This document shows, piece after piece, positions 6,774 through 11,758 of a stretch of 11,758 nt of DNA (positions are counted from its first letter, which is position 1; the number at the start of each line of letters is the position of its first letter). The DNA is from a virus. Lineage: Duplodnaviria > Heunggongvirae > Uroviricota > Caudoviricetes. Location of the stretch: IMG/VR virus record IMGVR_UViG_2690316233_000014. One strand, written 5' to 3'. The position numbers and the translations under genes are program-made. The notes beneath the pieces were generated by a model, which was not told the DNA's origin, ran no database searches, and saw nothing but the letters and a program-made list of their open reading frames with translations.

Positions 6774-7036
6774 GCTCTGGCTTCCTTCAGTAGCTGGTTA
6801 AACATGTGAGTAAGTGGATTGCTACACCCGAACGGCATCGGGTTTACGTGGTAAGAAGCCTGGCCTCCTGTTTTGCGAGCGCGACCACCTGTGCTGCGGT
6901 TTGTTCTGATGACTAAGCCGCCGCGCCAAAGTCGGCGTAACTCAGCATTAATGGCTGTGGTTGGGGTGTTCAGTGCTGCGGCGATTTCTCCGCCGCTACA
7001 ACCCGGATGTGTAGTGATGTAGTCCAGAATGGTCAT
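6770..7036 (-). CDS. probable winged-helix DNA-binding protein, 88 aa
   Basis: ATGA overlaps at both ends. The segment SGGEIAAALNTPTTAINAELRRLWRGGLVIRT has a wHTH-like pattern; assignment is by pattern only. Confidence 0.55.
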   Translation of the reverse strand: MTILDYITTHPGCSGGEIAAALNTPTTAINAELRRLWRGGLVIRTNRSTGGRARKTGGQASYHVNPMPFGCSNPLTHMFNQLLKEARA

Positions 7037-7236
7037 TTGCGTGGCTCCTGTACCTGTCGGATAAGATTCACCCGCGCCACGTTGGTGGCGCAGAAGTAAG
7101 TGCCGTCAGTGAGGTAGATGTGGTGTGCATCCTTTTCCGAACGATGTTTGTCGATAGTGGTAATCAGGCGTTCGTCGACCTCGTATTCGCGCCCTCTGGA
7201 GGTAAAGCGAATGACGGGAAAATGCTTAATTGCCAT
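7033..7236 (-). CDS. hypothetical protein, 67 aa
   Basis: ATG at 7236-7234 with AAGGGGG upstream, TGA at 7033-7035 overlapping the next start. Confidence 0.55.
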   Translation of the reverse strand: MAIKHFPVIRFTSRGREYEVDERLITTIDKHRSEKDAHHIYLTDGTYFCATNVARVNLIRQVQEPRK

Positions 7237-7259
7237 TGCGCCCCCTTTGTCCAGTAACC

Positions 7260-7676
7260 CTATGCGTTAAATACGGCACGTTGCGCGTCATCAATGAATA
7301 CAGCTTGAGATCGTTCTATCAGGCGGAGATTTGTCAGAAGCTCTGACTCTTTTGTGTGGTAAGGCGTTATCAGGTATTTGCCGTGCAGTTCGGCAATAAT
7401 GGTGTATTGCGTCATTATTGCCGAACCAAGAATGTAAATGCGGCGTCCAATGCTGGACGGATTCATGGCTGCAACTGTTGACTGTGTTTTAAGAGTGTCG
7501 ATTTCTTTGCTCTGTTCCTCAATAATTTTGGCTGCTTCAGAGGGGGCTATTGCGATGGTCAGTGCGTAAAGCGCTGCCATATGTTGATTATCTTTCTGGG
7601 CTGCCCTGGACAGCTTGTCTTGCTCTGCTGACACTATTTTTAATGTATTGATAATATTTTTTTCTCTTGCGTTCAT
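7260..7676 (-). CDS. hypothetical protein, 138 aa
   Basis: ATG at 7676-7674 with GGAG 8 nt upstream, preceded by about 100 nt of non-coding sequence containing repeats. Confidence 0.6.
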   Translation of the reverse strand: MNAREKNIINTLKIVSAEQDKLSRAAQKDNQHMAALYALTIAIAPSEAAKIIEEQSKEIDTLKTQSTVAAMNPSSIGRRIYILGSAIMTQYTIIAELHGKYLITPYHTKESELLTNLRLIERSQAVFIDDAQRAVFNA

Positions 7677-7725
7677 TTTATATCTCCGTTATTTACGTGT
7701 GCGAATACCTCCGCGAATGCGGATA

Positions 7726-7754
7726 GTTTTCAGGTTTTCAGGTTTTCAGGTTTA
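7726..7754. repeat. tandem octamer GTTTTCAG, about 3.6 copies
   Basis: Copies at 7726-7733, 7734-7741 and 7742-7749 plus a partial copy. Sits in the gap between the 37-aa ORF stop and the 138-aa start; the palindrome TCCGCGAATGCGGA (7709-7722) is adjacent. Confidence 0.6.
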
Positions 7755-7776
7755 ATCTGGTGTTTTGTTTAAGCTG

Positions 7777-7890
7777 TTATTTGTCAGTGAAAAAGCGTTC
7801 AATCTTTTTTACTGAATGAATAATTCGCATAATCCCAATGGCGCAGGCCACCGAAATAATCAGAACAAGCCATGAGATAAATATACTCAT
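7777..7890 (-). CDS. small membrane peptide, 37 aa, absent from the ORF track
   Basis: ATG at 7890-7888 overlaps the TGA of the upstream 80-aa ORF (ATGA); TAA at 7777-7779. Hand translation MSIFISWLVLIISVACAIGIMRIIHSVKKIERFFTDK: one transmembrane helix and a basic C-tail. Confidence 0.5.
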   Translation of the reverse strand: MSIFISWLVLIISVACAIGIMRIIHSVKKIERFFTDK

Positions 7891-8129
7891 GCGATATTCC
7901 CCAGCTTATACGGTTCAATGTGTTCCCCGCATTCTGCGGCACAGATCAGCTCGGAAAGTTCGTTCAGTGCATCCAGATCATCAGCGTAAAAAGCAACGTC
8001 ATACAAACTCCGGATTGCCCTGGTCAATGAATCACGGGCTGCATGTTCAGCATGAGCGCCTGATGCACTTAAGCGAAAATAAAATCGTTCAAGTGCTTTG
8101 TTAATGAGAGTTTTATATTCTTTGCCCAT
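7887..8129 (-). CDS. hypothetical protein, 80 aa
   Basis: ATG at 8129-8127, TGA at 7887-7889; fits the - strand operon and is coupled to the downstream small ORF. Preferred over the antisense + strand ORF 7838..8104. Confidence 0.55.
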   Translation of the reverse strand: MGKEYKTLINKALERFYFRLSASGAHAEHAARDSLTRAIRSLYDVAFYADDLDALNELSELICAAECGEHIEPYKLGNIA

Positions 8130-8140
8130 CGCAACGCCCT

Positions 8141-8419
8141 TTAATCTGCTTTCTGAATTTCAGCTTCTGAATCCATACAAATAATTTCGATATAGGGTTC
8201 ATCGCCATTAACCTGACGTGCCTTTTCAGCTTCGCTAATGATTTCTCGTACGGTCTGGTACGGAAGCTCCACAGTCAGGCGCGTACCGTTCAGATAAACG
8301 TAAGTAGCTGCGTTTTTTTCGGATGGAACAACTCCGTCAATTGCTGATGCGCGTAATAACAGTTCACCGCGAAAATCAATAAAACGGATAAATACACCTT
8401 GTGCATGCTCTTTGGTCAT
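8141..8419 (-). CDS. hypothetical protein, 92 aa
   Basis: Internal ATG at 8419-8417 preferred: it lies 10 nt after the upstream stop with AGGTG in between, whereas the track start at 8479 is TTG and overlaps the upstream gene by 50 nt. Confidence 0.55.
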   Translation of the reverse strand: MTKEHAQGVFIRFIDFRGELLLRASAIDGVVPSEKNAATYVYLNGTRLTVELPYQTVREIISEAEKARQVNGDEPYIEIICMDSEAEIQKAD

Positions 8420-8429
8420 AAAGCACCTG

Positions 8430-8780
8430 TTATAAATCAGCCTGTTTAATAAAACTTTGCCCGCGAAGCAGACGATCAACCGTGCGAAGTGCTTCGTATA
8501 ATGTGAAATCCTGCCCGAAGTGATTGTCGCCGCAGTTCAATGCAAAAATGCGGTTTCCGGTAAATGGATTGCGTGGGCATTTGTGGACCACGATTCCAGC
8601 TTTCTCAATCAGCCAGGCATGCTCGCCGATTTGTTTTACAGCGTGGCCATCCGGTGTTGCGTGCGTCTCGTTCAGGTTATAGCGACTGTTACTACGTGAT
8701 GCACTGGTAGCGACGTGGTGTACATGGCGTTCTACGCCATTACGAAATTTGGAGTATGGATTATTAGCGTTTTTTTTCAT
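8430..8780 (-). CDS. hypothetical protein, 116 aa
   Basis: ATG at 8780-8778, TAA at 8430-8432. Verified codon by codon against the track translation. Family not recognised. Confidence 0.6.
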   Translation of the reverse strand: MKKNANNPYSKFRNGVERHVHHVATSASRSNSRYNLNETHATPDGHAVKQIGEHAWLIEKAGIVVHKCPRNPFTGNRIFALNCGDNHFGQDFTLYEALRTVDRLLRGQSFIKQADL

Positions 8781-8801
8781 GATGGTGCTCTGTTCATTGT
8801 T

Positions 8802-9005
8802 TTAGCTGTTAGCCAAAGCGTCTTTTAACATCGCCACAAGGTTTACTTCAGGCTTTTCCATTTTGGCGCGTTTGGGGCGGATAATAATTCGACCGTCAGC
8901 CAACATCTTTTTGCATGTATTAAGAGGGATACCTGTTATCTCTGCATATTTCTGCAGGGATACATAGGGGGCATTCACATTGATATTGATGGTTATACCT
9001 GACAT
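8802..9005 (-). CDS. Cox/Apl-like small HTH protein (candidate excisionase / lytic-side regulator), 67 aa
   Basis: Strong AGGAGG 8 nt upstream of the ATG at 9005-9003. The segment PYVSLQKYAEITGIPLNTCKKMLADGRI follows the pattern of P2 Cox (IPYQEFAKLIGKSTGAVRRMIDKGKLPVI, as I recall it), and its position in the operon divergent from the repressor agrees. Confidence 0.6.
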   Translation of the reverse strand: MSGITININVNAPYVSLQKYAEITGIPLNTCKKMLADGRIIIRPKRAKMEKPEVNLVAMLKDALANS

Positions 9006-9021
9006 CCCACTAGCCTCCTGA

Positions 9022-9228
9022 TCAGGAAGATTTGTTTTGTTCTTTCTGGGTTAGCTCTAGGCCGCGAAGGAAGATCATGCGCGCCATGTTAGAGGATGAG
9101 CGTTGTTCTTTAGCTGCCATTTCATCAATGACGGCTCGCTCCTCGAGGGACAGCCGAAGTGCCAGTCTTGGACCTGTGGCGGTGTTACGCGGAATGCGTG
9201 ATCTGGTATCGTGAAGAACTTGTTTCAT
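9022..9228 (-). CDS. ribbon-helix-helix (Arc/CopG-type) DNA-binding protein, 68 aa
   Basis: RLALRLSLEERAVIDEMAAKEQRSSSNMARMIFLRGLE fits the beta-strand, helix, helix RHH pattern. It is the first gene of the leftward operon; no Shine-Dalgarno before the ATG at 9228, so the mRNA may be leaderless. Confidence 0.6.
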   Translation of the reverse strand: MKQVLHDTRSRIPRNTATGPRLALRLSLEERAVIDEMAAKEQRSSSNMARMIFLRGLELTQKEQNKSS

Positions 9229-9303
9229 AGTGGTATATTGTGATCATCTAATAGCTCGTGAAATCATTTTGGTATCAAAAAAGATACCTGTCAAGGTTTT
9301 TGT
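9229..9303. promoter_or_regulatory. divergent promoter and operator region between the RHH operon and the XRE repressor
   Basis: 75-bp AT-rich gap with an inverted repeat GGTATC-AAAAAA-GATACC (9271-9288), a further TGGTAT half-site at 9231-9236 and a TGATCA palindrome at 9241-9246. Candidate -35/-10 hexamers on both strands are not resolved. Confidence 0.5.
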
Positions 9304-9708
9304 ATGAAAAATGATATTGGTCAGCGGTTGCGTGAGGAAAGGGAAAGATTGGGACTTAGTCAAGTTGCCATGAGCGACATTGGTGGAGTCAAAAAGCTAA
9401 CTCAGCTTAGATATGAGAAAGGAGATAGCTTTCCTGATGCTGCGTATTTGGCAGCGCTGTCTCGTTTTGGCCTTGATGTTCAGTATGTTGTGTTGGGAAT
9501 TCACTCACCTGAAACTTATAACGATGATGAGCAGGAGTTGATTACTCGCTTTCGAGCAGCTTCGTTAGATGTGAAAAACGCGGTGATTGGGGCTTTAAAA
9601 GGTGCGATCAGTGAAAAGGAAACTCAGCCATCAGGACGTGAGTTAAATATTTCTGGTGGTAATAACCGTATCGCTGGTCGTGACTATAACGAAACTAAGG
9701 GTAGGTGA
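9304..9708 (+). CDS. XRE-family HTH repressor (CI/C-like), 134 aa
   Basis: ATG at 9304 with AAGG upstream. N-terminus IGQRLREERERLGLSQVAMSDIGGV is a classic Cro/CI-type HTH. Ends with three tandem in-frame stops TGA TAG TAG (9706-9714). Confidence 0.8.
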   Translation: MKNDIGQRLREERERLGLSQVAMSDIGGVKKLTQLRYEKGDSFPDAAYLAALSRFGLDVQYVVLGIHSPETYNDDEQELITRFRAASLDVKNAVIGALKGAISEKETQPSGRELNISGGNNRIAGRDYNETKGR

Positions 9709-9723
9709 TAGTAGGGAGGTGAC

Positions 9724-10374
9724 ATGGCCGTCAACTCAAACGGTTCAAACAATCGCGTTGCTGGGCGTGATTTTCACGAAAAGAATATTCAGATAGAGCG
9801 ATATGATGGTTCTCATACCGTCAATATCGCAATCCCTTCGAATAATGATGATGACGATCGCCCTTTGCTTAAGGCTCAGCGTAAGGAGCTAAATAGCTTG
9901 GTTGCTGCTATTGCAGAAGCTAGCAATACTGAAGCGTTTATTATTTGGCAAAAAGTACATGCGGAGATTGGTGTAGCTGGTATTGATGATATGACAGTAA
10001 ATCAATATAAAACAGCGGAGAGTTTTCTGCATGCAATGCTTGAGCGATGTAAAGATCATGATGCCTGTAAGGCTCTTGTAAGTTTATTACTACGTAACAG
10101 TGAAGACTGTGGACTTCGACAAAAACTTCTGCGGTATTGCCATATCAATTTCGGTACAGGACGTTTAAACGATCTTACTCGTTCTCAGTTACAGTCTGCA
10201 TTGTCGTGGTTAGAGCAACAATCGGCATCAAGCCACACAGAGAGTTCGACCTTACCAGAAGTCCGACTTCGTGCTTCAGAATTAATCCGACTTTATCCAA
10301 AAGAAATAATATTCTTTATCTGCGTAGGGGTTTTGGTAGGCGGTGTCATTTCTAGGGCGTTTTTTAATTTGTAA
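9724..10374 (+). CDS. tail-anchored membrane protein of unknown function, 216 aa
   Basis: Strong GGGAGGTGA Shine-Dalgarno before the ATG at 9724. C-terminal hydrophobic stretch EIIFFICVGVLVGGVISRAFF. The N-terminal motif SNNRVAGRDFHE echoes GNNRIAGRDYNE at the repressor C-terminus. AT-rich. Confidence 0.65.
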   Translation: MAVNSNGSNNRVAGRDFHEKNIQIERYDGSHTVNIAIPSNNDDDDRPLLKAQRKELNSLVAAIAEASNTEAFIIWQKVHAEIGVAGIDDMTVNQYKTAESFLHAMLERCKDHDACKALVSLLLRNSEDCGLRQKLLRYCHINFGTGRLNDLTRSQLQSALSWLEQQSASSHTESSTLPEVRLRASELIRLYPKEIIFFICVGVLVGGVISRAFFNL

Positions 10375-10403
10375 TCTTACTTGAGCTAAATTGAGGTAAT
10401 GAT

Positions 10404-10751
10404 ATGAAAGTAAAAAATGTTCAACTATTAGTTACTTTTTTATCTATGTTTTCTTTTTCCGCCGTCGCAATGCCTTTTAAAACTATTGAACGTGAGAGTT
10501 TTAATGGGGTATGGCCATTTAATACTGATGAGGTTCAATTACAGTGTCTTGATGGTAATCCTTATGTGATGAATTTTGACGATAATAAGTTATATGCACT
10601 TACAGGTTTGGCTCGAATAAAAGGTAAAACATTTGGTGCGTTACCGTTAGATAACAATAATCCATTTTGGCTAGATAATGATGCCGCCCCAGGGTTAAAA
10701 AAGAGTCTGGGGGATGTCACTAAGGCTGCATTTGATTTATGTGATAAGTAA
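10404..10751 (+). CDS. secreted or periplasmic protein with an N-terminal signal peptide, 115 aa
   Basis: GAGGT 7 nt before the ATG at 10404. MKVKNVQLLVTFLSMFSFSAVA looks like a Sec signal peptide; the mature part has two Cys residues. AT-rich. Confidence 0.65.
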   Translation: MKVKNVQLLVTFLSMFSFSAVAMPFKTIERESFNGVWPFNTDEVQLQCLDGNPYVMNFDDNKLYALTGLARIKGKTFGALPLDNNNPFWLDNDAAPGLKKSLGDVTKAAFDLCDK

Positions 10752-10756
10752 CTAAA

Positions 10757-11758
10757 ATGTCGGTTCGTAAGATTCCATCAGGTAAATGGCTTTGCGAATG
10801 TTATCCCTACGGGGCATCGGGAAAACGCATTCGTAAACAGTTTGCGACAAAAAGTGAGGCGCTCTCTTATGAGCGCCGTTTAATGAATAGTAGAGTTGGA
10901 GACGAGTTTCAAGATGGTTCTGGTCCTCGTCTTTCTGAGTTGATTGCTCGTTGGTTTGAGATGTACGGTAAAACCTTGTCCTCTGGTGCAGAGCGCAAAG
11001 TCAAACTTGAGGCGATTTGTTCCAGGCTGGGAGATCCATTTGCTTCTCAGTTTGACAAAAATATGTTTGCTACTTATCGGGAAAGAAGGCTATCAGGAGA
11101 ATGGAATCCCAAGGGGAAGAAAAAACTTAGTGAAGCAACCGTTAATCGCGAGCAGTCATATCTACATGCTGTTTTTGCCGAACTGAAGCGCCTTGGGGAG
11201 TGGTCTGGTGAAAACCCCCTGACTGGTATTCGCAAGTTTCGTGAGGAAGAAAAGGAACTGGCGTTTCTGTATGTAGATGAGATTGAACGCCTTCTGATTG
11301 CGTGTGATGAGTCACGGAATAAAGATTTGGGGGTTGTTGTCCGTATTGGGCTTGCGACGGGTGCTCGGTGGAGTGAAGCAGAAGGATTAAAGCAATCTCA
11401 AGTACTGCCCGGTCGAATCACATTTGTTAAAACTAAAGGAAAGAAGAACCGCACTGTACCGATTTCACCTCAATTGCAGGCTATGCTTCCTAAAAAACGA
11501 GGAGCGCTATTTTCACCATGTTATGAGGCTTTTGACGCTGCAATTAAGAGAGCGAAGATCGAGCTTCCTGATGGGCAATTAACTCATGTGCTACGTCACA
11601 CGTTTGCCAGTCATTTTATGATGCGGGGCGGAAATATTCTTGTGTTGCAAAAAATACTGGGGCATAGCGATATAAAAATGACTATGCGTTATGCGCATTT
11701 TGCTCCAGGTCATTTAGAGGCTGCTGTTGAATTGAACCCTTTTGACAATAGAGGGTAA
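10757..11758 (+). CDS. int: tyrosine recombinase / phage integrase, P2 Int-like, 333 aa
   Basis: Catalytic signature TGARWSEA ... HVLRHTFASHFM ... GHSDIKMTMRYAHF (Arg, His-x-x-Arg, Tyr). Length and blocks such as ITFVKTKGKKNRTVPIS and LQKILGH parallel P2 integrase as I recall it. Complete; stop at 11756-11758. Confidence 0.9.
   Translation: MSVRKIPSGKWLCECYPYGASGKRIRKQFATKSEALSYERRLMNSRVGDEFQDGSGPRLSELIARWFEMYGKTLSSGAERKVKLEAICSRLGDPFASQFDKNMFATYRERRLSGEWNPKGKKKLSEATVNREQSYLHAVFAELKRLGEWSGENPLTGIRKFREEEKELAFLYVDEIERLLIACDESRNKDLGVVVRIGLATGARWSEAEGLKQSQVLPGRITFVKTKGKKNRTVPISPQLQAMLPKKRGALFSPCYEAFDAAIKRAKIELPDGQLTHVLRHTFASHFMMRGGNILVLQKILGHSDIKMTMRYAHFAPGHLEAAVELNPFDNRG

Noticed and set aside
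7838-8104. 88-aa + strand ORF antisense to the 80-aa gene
   Set aside because: Arg/His-rich translation and no operon context; the - strand ORF fits the coupled operon.
8420-8479. Track start (TTG at 8479) for the 92-aa gene
   Set aside because: It would overlap the upstream gene by 50 nt; the internal ATG at 8419 lies 10 nt after the upstream stop with an AGGTG site.
9304-10374. Repressor and membrane protein as one read-through or fusion protein
   Set aside because: Although the two ORFs are in the same frame and share a motif, they are separated by three consecutive stops (TGA TAG TAG) and the second has its own strong Shine-Dalgarno.
1-11758. CRISPR array, tRNA/rRNA genes or IS transposase
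   Set aside because: No regularly spaced direct repeats of CRISPR size, no tRNA-like cloverleaf seen, and no transposase-like ORF; the only recombinase is the tyrosine integrase.

Overview
Read by eye, this window looks like the regulatory and replication end of a P2/186-type temperate element (prophage or phage-plasmid) in an enterobacterium-like host; no searches were run, so all homology calls rest on recognised motifs and gene order. On the + strand at the right: an XRE-type HTH repressor (9304..9708), two AT-rich cargo genes (a tail-anchored membrane protein and a signal-peptide protein), then a P2-type tyrosine integrase (10757..11758). Divergent from the repressor, a long - strand operon runs leftward: RHH protein, Cox/Apl-like HTH, about eight small ORFs joined by ATGA overlaps, a 320-nt non-coding structured leader, then 76-aa and 129-aa ORFs coupled to a large HUH rolling-circle Rep (gpA-like, 2622..5462). 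Downstream of Rep sit a ParM/ParR actin-type partition pair (1270..2545), an orphan 135-aa gene, and a palindrome-rich non-coding region (about 280..760). The most interesting candidates are (1) the structured leader at 6152..6473, whose three mutually complementary boxes, intrinsic terminator and UUCG hairpin recall P4-type RNA immunity, (2) the repressor-linked membrane and secreted protein pair, a candidate lysogeny-expressed exclusion module, and (3) an unannotated 37-aa membrane peptide (7777..7890). No tRNA, rRNA, CRISPR array or transposase was seen.
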